Shown one piece after another: positions 19,579-28,877 of a stretch of 64,000 nt of DNA. The position numbers and the translations under genes were made by a program. Source of the DNA: Gammaproteobacteria bacterium (lineage in GTDB: Bacteria > Pseudomonadota > Gammaproteobacteria > Steroidobacterales > Rariloculaceae); the NCBI GenBank assembly GCA_036563665.1, contig DATCLY010000070.1:284-64283 (forward strand), given 5' to 3'. The notes under the pieces were generated by a model. The model saw nothing but the letters and a program-made list of their open reading frames with translations, was not told where the DNA came from and ran no database searches. Every line of letters begins with the position of its first letter. Position 1 is the stretch's first letter.

Positions 19579-19631
19579 CCATACCTCCCGGCCGATCGTG
19601 TGCGTCGCCGCCATTCTAGCGTGCGTCTCGC

Positions 19632-20018
19632 TCAATCCGCTCCCCGGCCCCGCGACCTGTTCAGCGCCACGGCCGCGCGCACGAGCGCCTTGAAGGCGCT
19701 AGCGTCGATCGTCTCGCCTTCGCGGATGTCGATGGCGCGCCGCGTGTTGCCGTCGAGGCTGGCATTGAAGAGACCCGACGGATCCTCGAGCGCGGCGCCC
19801 CTCGCGAACGTGATCTTCACCTTGTCCTTGTAGATCTCCCCGGTGCAGATGATGCCGTTGTCCGACCACACCGGCACCCCGGCCGGGTTGGAGGGCTTCC
19901 GCCACTTCACCTCCTCGACGGCATCCGGGGCGGCCTGCTTGATGAGGGTGCGCACCCGCTCCAGCATCCTGGTCCGCCAGTCGCCCGTCTGTTTCCCAGC
20001 TTTCGTCCTCCCGACCAC
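19632..20018 (-). CDS. DUF1801 (YdhG-like) domain protein
   Basis: The sequence reads WRTRMLERVRTLIKQAAPDAVEEVKWRKPSNPAGVPVWSDNGIICTGEIYKDKVKITFARGAALEDPSGLFNASLDGNTRRAIDI. The start is uncertain. GTG 20018 follows AGGGAGGAG; alternatives are ATG 20063 and TTG 20087. Confidence 0.75.
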   Translation of the reverse strand: MVGRTKAGKQTGDWRTRMLERVRTLIKQAAPDAVEEVKWRKPSNPAGVPVWSDNGIICTGEIYKDKVKITFARGAALEDPSGLFNASLDGNTRRAIDIREGETIDASAFKALVRAAVALNRSRGRGAD

Positions 20019-20230
20019 TGCTCCTCCCTGCAAAGCCCCTGTGGCGCCGAGGGCGAACAGCATGCCTGTTGACTGCCGCCGGGCCAACCACCGCCGCTCG
20101 AACCCATTGATTCCACCCTCCTTGGGCAGTCGTACGAGCGTCTAAAGCGTCCCGTCCAAGGCCGCGTTCGTTCCGTGCGCGGCAGCGCTCGATCGGCTAC
20201 ACTGCGCCCGACGTGCCGCGGAGCCGTCCG

Positions 20231-20787
20231 ATGGATCGCCGCAAGCTGCTGAGCGCTTCTGCCGCCCTGGCAAGCGTTGCGCCGGGTTCTTCGCATCGAT
20301 TCCCTTCGTGCGCAGCCTCCCGCCCAGCGCACGCGCCAAAGGGCTCGCCAACCCGGTCGAGATCGACGTCGGCAATTCCGCCGGCGAAGTGCGCGGCTAC
20401 ATCTACCGCGGCGAAACGATGCTCGTGCTGCACCGCACCGAGCAGATGCTCGAGCAGGTCTCCGCCACGGCCGATCTCGTGCTCACCTCGGACACCACCG
20501 ATCCCGCGTACGTCGATCCCACCCATCGCGCGATCGTGCCGGAGTTCCTGGCGGTGCGCGGCGTTTGCACGCACCTCGGCTGCGTTCCGCAGATCGAGCG
20601 CGAGGAAGGCAAGCGGATCGTCGGCGAATGGTGGCCCGGCGGCTTCATCTGCCCTTGCCATCAGTCCGCCTTTGACTATGCCGGCCGCGTGATTCGCGGC
20701 CCCGCGCCGCGCAACCTGCCGGTGCCGCCGCACCGCTTCGCGGGCCCCGCCCGCCTCATCATCGGCGAGGAATTCGAGCCTACCTGA
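20231..20787 (+). CDS. petA: ubiquinol-cytochrome c reductase iron-sulfur (Rieske) subunit, orphan and apparently frameshifted
   Basis: The Tat signal and start of the TM anchor (MDRRKLLSASAALASVA) are in one frame from ATG 20231. The rest (GFFASIPFVRSLPPSARAKGLANPVEIDV...CTHLGC...CPCHQSAFDYAGRVIRGPAPRNLPVPP) is in the frame of track ORF 20308..20787. The switch is at about 20279-20283. No petB or petC follows. Confidence 0.8.
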
Positions 20788-20897
20788 GCCGTCGGCGCCA
20801 GGCCGAAGCCACGCAATCGGCTCGCCGCGCGCGGATTGCGCGCGGCCAGCGGCCCGCGGATACTGCCGCCCGATCGGCCTTTTGGGGGACCAGCCCG

Positions 20898-22202
20898 ATG
20901 CAGCAACGTCCGGCGGCTCTGTCCGGCGCGGAGTGGCGCCTGATCCTGCTCGCGAGCCTGGGCGGCGCGCTCGAGTTCTACGACTTCGTCGTCTACAGCC
21001 AGTTCGCGCGCTACATCGGGCAGGGCTTCTTTCCGAACGACGATCCGATGGTGTCGCTGATCGTGTCGTTCGGCGTGTTCGCCGTCGGCTATTTCGCGCG
21101 GCCCCTCGGCGGCCTCTTCTTCAGCCACATCGGCGATCGCATCGGCCGCAGGAGGGTGCTGATCGTCACGATTCTGACGATGTCGGCCGCCACGGCCGGC
21201 ATCGGCCTGCTGCCGACCTACGCGCAGTGGGGCATCGCGGCACCGATCCTGCTGGTGCTGCTGCGCGTGGTGCAGGGCATCTGCCTGGGCGGCGAGCTCC
21301 CGGGCGCCATCTCGTACGTCGTCGAGACGGCGCCGCGCCGCTCGGGATTCTCCGTCGGCATCGTGTTCTTCTGCGTCAACACCGGCGTCGTGCTCGCCGC
21401 CCTGCTGAGCCTCTTCGTGCATGAGACGCTGACGGTGGCGCAGGTGCAAGCGTGGGGCTGGCGCGTGGGCTTCCTGGTCGGCGGAGCGCTCGGCCTCATC
21501 AGCTTCGTGCTGCGCCTGTCCCTCGAGGAGAGCCGGGAGTTCGCGCGCATGCGTGCGGCGGCCGGCGCCTCGGCCGTGCCGATCGTCGAGGTGCTGCGCC
21601 ACCATCCCATGGCCGTCGTCGTCGGGGTGGCCATTCTGGCCGTGACGGCCGGCTTCAACGGCCTGCTGTTCGCGATGCCGGCCTTCCTGCCCGAGGCGAT
21701 GGGCTACGAGTCGGTGCGCGCCATCGAGGCGCAGAACGTGGCGCTGATCATCATGTCGTTCGGCTTGCTGCTCACGGCCTGGCTGTCGGATCGCGTGTCG
21801 CGCAAGGCGTTGGCGCTCACGGGCACGGGGCTGCTGATCGTCTTCGCCTGGCCGTTCTTTCGCGCCGCCGAAGCGGCGAGCGTCGACCTGCTCACGCTGT
21901 TCGCGCTCGCGGGGGTCGTCGGATCGATTTGCGCGGGCACGGTCATCGTGATCGGCGCGGACCTGTTTCCGACGCGCGTCCGTTTCTCGGGCGTCGCGCT
22001 GTCGTACAACCTGGCCTTCACGGTGTTCAGCGGCCTCGCGCCCGTCGTCGCCGCGCTGCTCGCCCGCACCACCGGCGTCGCGGCCAACGCGGGGTACTAC
22101 ATGGTGGGCTGCGCCGCGCTGTCGTTCGCGGCGGCGCTCGTCATGCACCGCTACGACGGCCGGATACTCGCTGGCCTCGCGAGCGACAGCGCGCCGGCGT
22201 AA
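20898..22202 (+). CDS. MFS transporter, metabolite:H+ symporter (MHS/ProP-like) family
   Basis: The N-terminal region reads LGGALEFYDFVVYSQFARYIGQGFFP...GYFARPLGGLFFSHIGDRIGRRRVLIVTI...VVQGICLGGELPGA. Confidence 0.85.
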   Translation: MQQRPAALSGAEWRLILLASLGGALEFYDFVVYSQFARYIGQGFFPNDDPMVSLIVSFGVFAVGYFARPLGGLFFSHIGDRIGRRRVLIVTILTMSAATAGIGLLPTYAQWGIAAPILLVLLRVVQGICLGGELPGAISYVVETAPRRSGFSVGIVFFCVNTGVVLAALLSLFVHETLTVAQVQAWGWRVGFLVGGALGLISFVLRLSLEESREFARMRAAAGASAVPIVEVLRHHPMAVVVGVAILAVTAGFNGLLFAMPAFLPEAMGYESVRAIEAQNVALIIMSFGLLLTAWLSDRVSRKALALTGTGLLIVFAWPFFRAAEAASVDLLTLFALAGVVGSICAGTVIVIGADLFPTRVRFSGVALSYNLAFTVFSGLAPVVAALLARTTGVAANAGYYMVGCAALSFAAALVMHRYDGRILAGLASDSAPA

Positions 22203-22239
22203 GGATCTCGACGAGCCGGTGCCGCCCGCCGCGCCGCGG

Positions 22240-23031
22240 CTAGTCCTGCTCGGGACCTCGGCGTGATTCGATCGCGACCCCGTAGGCCGGATCGCAATCG
22301 TAGGGGTAGACGTGGTCGTCGCCGCGGCGGAACGACATGATCCGCCCGGCGGTCCCTCTGAACGAGCCCGGATCCGCGAACTGCTGCGAGACGATCAGCG
22401 TGTTCGGATCGGCGAGCCGGAACCGTTCGAGCAGACGCACGTGCTCGGTGTGCTCCACGCCGTTGTTGAACAGTGTTCCCGGGAGCAGCTTCGCCGTGTC
22501 GACTACGAGGGTGTCGCCCTCCCAGCGCCCGAACGAGTGGCCGGTGTGCGAGTGCGGCCAGTCGTCCGGATGCTCCGTCTCGTTCATGAAGATGACGCGG
22601 ACGAGATCGAAGTACTCGAGCTTGATCACGACGAGATCGCGCCCTTCGAAGATCTCGATCGGGAACGGCCCCTGCATCGAGTAGATCAGGCCCGGCGGCC
22701 GGCAGGTGGACGACACGTCCGTCTGCTTCTCGGGGTCGTAGCCTTTCGCCGCCTCGCGCAGGCTCTCGTGCACGTCGAGCCCGCCGTATTCGCCGGGCGG
22801 AAACTCGTTCACGCCGGAGTCCGCCAGCAGGACCGTGCCCTCGGGGAGCTGCGCGATCAGCTCGGCTTCGGCCGGCGTCGGATCGCGCCGAGGCGGCATG
22901 GGCCCCGGCGACAGCGACCAGAACCCCGCGATGCCGTGGCCTTGCTGCGCCTGCGCTTCTACCCTTGCCGGCGTGACCCCGAGCACCGCGGCACAGCCGA
23001 CGATTGCAGCGAAGACGTTCGCGGCGCGCAT
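22240..23031 (-). CDS. secreted uncharacterised protein, 'C-x-P-x-G / WEGDTLVV' family, copy 2
   Basis: It has a signal peptide and the motifs STCRPPGLIY, GHSFGRWEGDTLVVDT and FADPGSFRG. Its start is 1 nt after the upstream stop (TGAcATG). Confidence 0.8.
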   Translation of the reverse strand: MRAANVFAAIVGCAAVLGVTPARVEAQAQQGHGIAGFWSLSPGPMPPRRDPTPAEAELIAQLPEGTVLLADSGVNEFPPGEYGGLDVHESLREAAKGYDPEKQTDVSSTCRPPGLIYSMQGPFPIEIFEGRDLVVIKLEYFDLVRVIFMNETEHPDDWPHSHTGHSFGRWEGDTLVVDTAKLLPGTLFNNGVEHTEHVRLLERFRLADPNTLIVSQQFADPGSFRGTAGRIMSFRRGDDHVYPYDCDPAYGVAIESRRGPEQD

Positions 23032-23032
23032 G

Positions 23033-23416
23033 TCAGTTGTTCGTCCCCGGCGGCACGCCGATCTCGGTTCCGTCCTCGCGGAACGCGCGCGTGATGCGCA
23101 TCAGATAGCTGCCGTCGAGCGAGGGCATCCCTTCGAGCGTCACCTTCTCCCCGGGCGTGAAGCTCTGCTGACTCCAGCCGCGCCTCCGTAACACCGACGG
23201 CGACGTGGTCTCGGCCGTCCACTCCTGCTTCTCGCCGTCCTCGCCCACGACCTCGAACTTCAAGATCGCATGGGGGTTCGTGAACCGAAACTGGGTGACG
23301 GTGCCGGTCACGGTGATGCGCTCGTCGACCTTGTAGAAGGCGGGGGCGGAATGGTGCGCGTACACCGCCCCGCTCACCAGCAGTAGCACGATGAAAGACT
23401 TCGAGATCCAGGCCAT
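23033..23416 (-). CDS. small secreted protein, DUF6152-like paralog 2
   Basis: The signal peptide ends ...VSGAVYA and the mature protein starts HHSAPAFYK. It carries FRFTNPH and TPGEKVTL. Confidence 0.8.
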   Translation of the reverse strand: MAWISKSFIVLLLVSGAVYAHHSAPAFYKVDERITVTGTVTQFRFTNPHAILKFEVVGEDGEKQEWTAETTSPSVLRRRGWSQQSFTPGEKVTLEGMPSLDGSYLMRITRAFREDGTEIGVPPGTNN

Positions 23417-23470
23417 GATGTCGTCCTCGACGAGCGTTCCCGATTCGGCGCGCCGCTGCCAGCGTGCGAG

Positions 23471-23935
23471 CTAAGCGTTGCCCCGCCCCCGCGCCCAGCT
23501 CAGCATGTCCCAGTTTTCGGGCACATGGATGAACAGGTTGGTCACGGGGGACAGCACGCGCGTGACGTGCCCTTTGCCCGTTACGTCTTCCAGGAAGACG
23601 AGATCGCCCGGCCCGATGCGGTGCCGCGAGCCGTCGGAGATCTCGACCTCGAGCTCGCCCGTCATGTTGATCGCGAACTGGCGCCGCGGCGCCGTATGCC
23701 ATTCCGCCGTGTTTGCGGCGTTGCGCGCGTAGGCCCGCGCCGTCATGCTCGTGACGGGAATCTCGCCCGCGTCGTTCGAGATCTCGACGATCCCGAGACG
23801 GGACTCGCCCTCCGGTGTGGCATAGATGTGAATCAGCCGCGCCTTGAGCTCGCCCCCCGGCGCTTGCGCCGAGCCCAACGATGGGCCGACCAACGTCGCG
23901 ACACCGGCCAGGGCCAGCAGCTCTCTTCGATCCAT
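23471..23935 (-). CDS. secreted cupin domain protein
   Basis: This is track ORF 23471..24301. The start is placed at ATG 23935, giving MDRRELLALAGVATLVGPSLGSAQA. The cupin-like region reads WHTAPRRQFAINMTGELEVEISDGSRHRIGPGDLVFLEDVTGKGH. Confidence 0.7.
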   Translation of the reverse strand: MDRRELLALAGVATLVGPSLGSAQAPGGELKARLIHIYATPEGESRLGIVEISNDAGEIPVTSMTARAYARNAANTAEWHTAPRRQFAINMTGELEVEISDGSRHRIGPGDLVFLEDVTGKGHVTRVLSPVTNLFIHVPENWDMLSWARGRGNA

Positions 23936-24170
23936 GCTCCCCTCCGCAGGCTCGAACTCGTTATGCCTGAGCTTATTGTATTTCCAGCCGGGGCACGCGT
24001 CTCGGCCTCCGACGACCTCGGCAGCCCGCGCCGGGCTCGGTTCGGCGGCAAAGGCTCTGCCTCCAAGGCAAGCGCCGGGATCCCGTTGGCAGCCATTCCC
24101 ATCGCCGGAGCAAATTCGCCCTGTTCCCGCTACCATAGGCGCGCCACACAGGCTCTTTGGGGGGAACCGC

Positions 24171-25451
24171 ATGCAGACAGCCGCTCCGCCGTCCGAAGCT
24201 TCGCGAAACGGCATCCTGACCACCCTCGGCGCCACCGTCGGCCTCGCCCTCGGCCCGAGCGTGATCGCGAACCTGACCGTGACGGCGTACATCACGCCCA
24301 TCGAGCAGGAGTTCGGCTGGCTGCGCTCCGACGTCTCGTTCGCGTTCTCACTCGTCGCTTACATGATCGTCGTGATGTCGCCGCTGCAGGGCATGCTGGT
24401 CGACCGGTTCGGCCCTCGGCGCGTCGTGCTCACGTCGATCCCGCTGTTCGCGCTGAGCCTGGCCGCCATCTACTTCACGCCGGCCAACATCTACGTCTAT
24501 TACCTGCTGTGGGCGCTCGTGCCGATTGCGGGCTTGGGGCTCTGGCCCCTCGGCTATCTGCAGGCCGTCACGCCGTGGTTCGACCGGAAGCTCGGTCTCG
24601 CGCTCGGCTGTGCGAACGCCGGCATCGGCGTCGGCAGCACCTTCCTGCCGATGCTCGTGATCGGTCCGATGATCGCCGCCTACGGCTGGCGCGAGGCGGT
24701 GGTCGCGGTCGCGGCGCTCGTCTTGTTCGTGAGCTGGCCCGTCGTGGCTTATTGCCTGCGCGAGCCGTCCGCGGCCGATCTCGCAGCACGCAAGCTCTCG
24801 GCGCGCGGCGGGACTTTCGGTCTCCCGTTCCGCGAAGCCATGCGCGAGCCGACGTTCTGGATGCTCAACGTGGGGTTCTTCCTGCTCGGCGTCACGGCCA
24901 CGAGCCTCGTGACGCAGCAGGTGCCGTTGCTGCGCGACGCGGGCTGGACGCCCGAGGAGACCACGCGCCTGCAGACGGTGTTCGGCTTCGGCTTGCTGTT
25001 CGCACGCGTGGCGGTGGGCTTCGTCATCGATCACATCTTCGCGCCGCGCGTCATGACCACCGTCTCCATCGGCGGCGCCATCGCCTGCCTGCTCTACGCG
25101 TTCTATCCGGGCCTCGGCTACGTCAGCGCGCTGCTGATCGGCTTCCTGCTCGGCGCGGAGTTCGACGTGCTCGCGTTCCTGATCAAGCGCTATTACGGCC
25201 TCGTGGCATACGGGCGGGTCTACGGCGTGATCTTCGGGGTGTTCTACCTGGGATCGGCCGTCGGCATCTGGGGCCTGCCGAAGCTGCGCGAGCTCTCGGC
25301 GGACCTGTCCTATGACAACGGCCTGTACGTCGCCGCCGGCATCCTGTTCGCCTCGGCCGTGCTCATGAGTTTGATGCCGAAGTATCGCTACGCCGTGGGC
25401 CACTCGGCGGAGCCCACCGCGCCGGCGGCTGCGGCGGCGCAGGAGGTCTGA
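24171..25451 (+). CDS. MFS transporter
   Basis: This is track ORF 23844..25451. The start is placed at ATG 24171. It has multiple hydrophobic segments and MLVDRFGPRRVVL. Confidence 0.8.
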   Translation: MQTAAPPSEASRNGILTTLGATVGLALGPSVIANLTVTAYITPIEQEFGWLRSDVSFAFSLVAYMIVVMSPLQGMLVDRFGPRRVVLTSIPLFALSLAAIYFTPANIYVYYLLWALVPIAGLGLWPLGYLQAVTPWFDRKLGLALGCANAGIGVGSTFLPMLVIGPMIAAYGWREAVVAVAALVLFVSWPVVAYCLREPSAADLAARKLSARGGTFGLPFREAMREPTFWMLNVGFFLLGVTATSLVTQQVPLLRDAGWTPEETTRLQTVFGFGLLFARVAVGFVIDHIFAPRVMTTVSIGGAIACLLYAFYPGLGYVSALLIGFLLGAEFDVLAFLIKRYYGLVAYGRVYGVIFGVFYLGSAVGIWGLPKLRELSADLSYDNGLYVAAGILFASAVLMSLMPKYRYAVGHSAEPTAPAAAAAQEV

Positions 25452-25539
25452 TCCGGCGACGAGGCAGCGGCCCGACGAGTGCGAACCCGAGGGGGATCGT
25501 CTCGGCGCGCCGCCGCGCTCTACGCGTCGCGCTCGGCGC

Positions 25540-25779
25540 TCACTTCGCCCGGATGATCTGCAACGCTTCGTTGATCTTGAAGATCACGATGAGCATCTCG
25601 CACCAGATGCGTGCGAACACCAGACCGGCGATGAGGGTGAGGAGGCCGCCCAGGAACGACTGAGCGAGCATCAAGCCCACGCCGGCGATCACGACGCCGA
25701 TCAGGAACAGCCAATAGATGAACGTGATGAGCTTCGGCGTGAGCATGTTGTCGAAGAACAGCACCTGGCGAAAGTCCAT
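25540..25779 (-). CDS. DUF4282 domain small membrane protein
   Basis: The sequence MDFRQVLFFDNMLTPKLITFIYWLFLIGVVIAGVGLM...ARIWCEMLIVIFKINEAL fits DUF4282. The start is ATG 25779. Confidence 0.75.
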   Translation of the reverse strand: MDFRQVLFFDNMLTPKLITFIYWLFLIGVVIAGVGLMLAQSFLGGLLTLIAGLVFARIWCEMLIVIFKINEALQIIRAK

Positions 25780-25849
25780 GTTGGCACCCTTTCGTGGTTT
25801 CGTGGCGCTGGACCACGAATGACGCCGCACCGCGCGGCCCGCCGGAGGA

Positions 25850-26542
25850 ACCCCCCTCCCCCTGGGCGCTTAGAGATGATGTGGGGCGCATCGAGCTCCG
25901 GTGGCGGCTCGACCCAATGACTCCGCGCCCGCTTCCAGACTTTTGCCCCACAGCGCAAAAACTCCAGCCACACTTCCTGCCCTGCCAGCAGATGCGGCGC
26001 GACGTAAATGCGATTCGACCCGGTGCTGAAGACTCGATCGCTGATAGGCCCCCCCTGCAGGCCCCGCTGTTGCCCCACATCTGTAACCATGTCCCAGGTC
26101 GTGACACGACTCGCACGGCGCGTGCGCAGCCGAAGAGTCTCAGCTCGACGTCCGGGTCGATCCATGCTCCGCCCGTCGCGATAGGGTGCGTCGTGGCCGC
26201 GTCGCTCTTGAGGCCGCACCGCTCCTGCACCAGCGTGCTCGTCTCGCCGGCATGAAGCGCAGCTACCCGGAAAATGAACGCCGTCGCGTCCTGCGGCACC
26301 ATCGCGCGATATGCCTCACCCGCGACCGTGAGTGTTGCAATGGCGCCCGGCTCGAGACCGGAGGCGTAAACGTCGATCGCGTCCTCGCAAGGAACTGTTG
26401 CGCTCCACGGAGCCGATCAGCGGCGGAGAGCGCCAGACCTCGAGCCCCGATCCGCATCGACGGCGACGACGGCTCCGCTGCCGGAACGGCAAGTGGGAAT
26501 CAGCAAGTAACGATCGCGATCGAGGAGAACCGCTCCGCTCAA
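25850..26542 (-). pseudogene. possible decayed gene of unknown family (one in-frame TGA plus one frame switch), or non-coding DNA
   Basis: Protein-like translation runs from TTG 26542, which overlaps the upstream stop (LSGAVLLDRDRYLLIPTCRSGSGAVVAVDADRG...). It reaches a TGA at 26417-26419 and continues SAPWSATVPCEDAIDVYASGLEPGAIATLTVAGEAYRAMVPQDATAFIFRV...AWIDPDVELRLFGCARAVRVV. It then switches frame near 26105 to TTWDMVTDVGQQRGLQGGPISDRVFSTGSNRIYVAPHLLAGQEVWLEFLRCGAKVWKR. Codon usage is visibly richer in A/T-ending codons than in neighbouring genes. Confidence 0.3.
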
Positions 26543-27318
26543 GGCGTGAGCACCACCGTCACGCGGCGCGAGCGCCAGTCGTCGATGCCGTCCGCCTCGG
26601 CCTCGCCGTCGATCCAGTCGATCTCGGCATCCGCCTCGAGGCCCGCGCCGCGCAGCAGGCTCGCAACCTCCTCAGCCCGTCGGCGGGCGACGCCGTCCGA
26701 TTCCCGGAGCAGCGTGCCGTCGCTGAGCCGATGCGCGCCGCGAACGCCGGTGATGCGCACCCGGCGCGCCGGCAACTCGCGGGCGATCCGGAGAATCGAC
26801 ATGAGCTCGCCCGGGTGGCGGAAGGACACGCCTTTGTCGAAGTCGAAGTAGATGTCGAGGGTCTGCGGCCCCTCCGGCGCCGGCCGCGCGGGCGGCGCGT
26901 TCGGATCCCGCGCGAACGCCAGCCGCCCGCCGCTCGGCCCCGGCGGCCGCGGAGCGAAGTCGATCGTGTAGCGCTCGTCCGCGGGCAGCAACGTGTTGCA
27001 GTTCGCGTCGAGCTCCGGCATCACGGAGAGCCGCACCGGGCGGAGCACGATCCCGCCGCAGATCGGCGGGGCGTCCGAGACGACGCCTTCGACGAGCACC
27101 CGGTGACCGAGCATCGGCGGTTGCACTTCCGCGCTCACGTCGCTCTGGATGGTCAAGTAATAGGTCTCCCCCTCGTACTCGGCGAGCCAGCAGGGCACGG
27201 AGCGCGTGTCCCGCACGATGGGGCAGCTCACGAAGCTGATGCGCTCGCCGGGCGGCGGTGCCGCGGCCGCGGCGCTCGCGAGCACTGCGAAGGCGGTGAC
27301 CAGGTGCGCACCGCGCAT
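26539..27318 (-). CDS. secreted protein with a C-terminal OmpA-like domain
   Basis: This is the real part of track ORF 26539..27897. ATG 27318 gives MRGAHLVTAFAVLASAAAAA. The C-terminus resembles OmpA_C: IYFDFDKGVSFRHPGELMSILRIA...RVRITGVRGAHRLSDG...VARRRAEEVASLLRGAG...WRSRRVTVVL. Its start overlaps the upstream stop (TGATG). Confidence 0.6.
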   Translation of the reverse strand: MRGAHLVTAFAVLASAAAAAPPPGERISFVSCPIVRDTRSVPCWLAEYEGETYYLTIQSDVSAEVQPPMLGHRVLVEGVVSDAPPICGGIVLRPVRLSVMPELDANCNTLLPADERYTIDFAPRPPGPSGGRLAFARDPNAPPARPAPEGPQTLDIYFDFDKGVSFRHPGELMSILRIARELPARRVRITGVRGAHRLSDGTLLRESDGVARRRAEEVASLLRGAGLEADAEIDWIDGEAEADGIDDWRSRRVTVVLTP

Positions 27319-28877
27319 CAGAGCACGCTCAGGAAATTCACGAGATCGATCCTCTCCTGCTCCGTGAGCCGGATGTTGAAGCGTCGGTCGTAGAAATCGA
27401 CGAGCTCGCGCAGGTTCGCGGCGGACCCGTTCGAGAAGTACGGCGCGCGCGCGGCGAGCCCGCGGAACTGCTGCATCACGATCGCGCCGACATCCTCGCA
27501 CTTGCCCGAGATCAGTGCGCGCCCCGGATCCTGCGTATAGATCACGCGGCCGAGGAACGGATGCGGCGGCAGGTCTTCCCGGCACGTGATCTTGAACAGC
27601 GGCAGCTCCGGCAGCTTGTCGGCCCACGGGCTTTCCGGCGGCTCGAGAGCCCACGGATGATTCGTCGTGCCGACGTCCATCCAGCCGTTCGCGGTGTCCA
27701 TGCCGGTCATGTGCATGCCGTGGCAGGTGGCGCACGTGCGCTTGATCGGGTTGCCGAGCCCGACGGTGTTGATGTGCATCGCGTCGCGAATCCAGAACGT
27801 GCGAAAGAAGAACACATCGTGGCCGCGCTGCACCGACTCGCGAAAAGCGTTGCGCTCGCGCTCCTCGGCGTCCCGGCCCTCGGGCAGGTCCGCCCACTTG
27901 TTCTCCATCGGGATCACGAAGCGCGTGGTATTGTTGCCGAGCACGCCATCCTCGCCGCGCTCCATCGCTCGCGGCCCGAGGCCCGACGGGCCGCCCGGCT
28001 CGTCCAGGCGGCCGGCGCCGTTGGAGAACGCCTGCGCGGCGTAGAGCTGCAGCTCGAGCTCGCGGATCTTCTCGAGCTGCTCCGGCGACAGGGGCTTCTC
28101 CACCTCCATGTGCGTGCGCGCGGCCGATTGCGCCTGCGTCGCGAGCGTCGGCTCGCGCGCATCGGCCATCATGTTCATGTTGACCGGCCGGCCCGTCTCG
28201 GGATCGACCGCGGCGAGCATCCCCGTCTTGCCGATGAACGGCGTCACGCCGAAGCGAGACGACACGACATAGCGCAGGTTTGCCGCCGGGCGCGGCCGTC
28301 GATAGACGGACACTTCACGCCGCTCGCCGTTGACGCCGTACACCGGGTGCGTGTTACAGCCGGTGGGATCGCGCACCACCTCCAGGGTGAACTCCGGCGT
28401 AATGCGGCGCCCGTCCGCGTCGACGGGCGGCCACGGCAACGCGATCCGAAAGAGGCCCCGCTCGAGAAGCAGCGAGTGCGATGCCGGGTCGCCGCGCGAC
28501 AGATTCGGGCAGTTCATGCCATCGACCGGCGCGAAGATCGGGTCCGTGCCGTTCGTCGCCTCCCAGATCCGCCGGATGGTCGCGACGGACAGCGACATCC
28601 CGTCGGCCGGCTGATGGCAGGAGACGCACGCCCGCCCGTTGGTCCCGAGCGGCTCGAAGAACGGGTGCCCAGCCGTCTCGACCGGGCCGCCGGCATTCAC
28701 TATGCCGAGCCGTCCGAGATCGTTCTCGTACTCGACATAGGCCGGCAGCACGCGGCCGTCTCCGGGCGCCAACCACCATTCCGTCAGCGTGTCGACGGTC
28801 CTCGACGGCGTCTGCGCCAAGACCGGCGCCGCCGCGCAGGCGGAGAGAAGCAGGCAAAGCTCGATCGGTCGGATCAT
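27318..28877 (-). CDS. di-haem cytochrome c peroxidase family protein
   Basis: It has two CxxCH motifs (CVSCH and CATCH). ATG 28877 gives the signal MIRPIELCLLLSACAAAPVLAQ; the track start at 28889 is a TTG. Confidence 0.85.
   Translation of the reverse strand: MIRPIELCLLLSACAAAPVLAQTPSRTVDTLTEWWLAPGDGRVLPAYVEYENDLGRLGIVNAGGPVETAGHPFFEPLGTNGRACVSCHQPADGMSLSVATIRRIWEATNGTDPIFAPVDGMNCPNLSRGDPASHSLLLERGLFRIALPWPPVDADGRRITPEFTLEVVRDPTGCNTHPVYGVNGERREVSVYRRPRPAANLRYVVSSRFGVTPFIGKTGMLAAVDPETGRPVNMNMMADAREPTLATQAQSAARTHMEVEKPLSPEQLEKIRELELQLYAAQAFSNGAGRLDEPGGPSGLGPRAMERGEDGVLGNNTTRFVIPMENKWADLPEGRDAEERERNAFRESVQRGHDVFFFRTFWIRDAMHINTVGLGNPIKRTCATCHGMHMTGMDTANGWMDVGTTNHPWALEPPESPWADKLPELPLFKITCREDLPPHPFLGRVIYTQDPGRALISGKCEDVGAIVMQQFRGLAARAPYFSNGSAANLRELVDFYDRRFNIRLTEQERIDLVNFLSVL

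Noticed and set aside
26417-26419. The in-frame TGA in the broken ORF, as a possible second selenocysteine codon, given that selB and selC are nearby.
   Set aside because: There is no Cys/Sec-type redox motif around it (..GALRR-TGA-SAPW..). I saw no convincing SECIS-like hairpin directly downstream. The region also needs a frameshift and has atypical codon usage. Decay or non-coding DNA is more likely.
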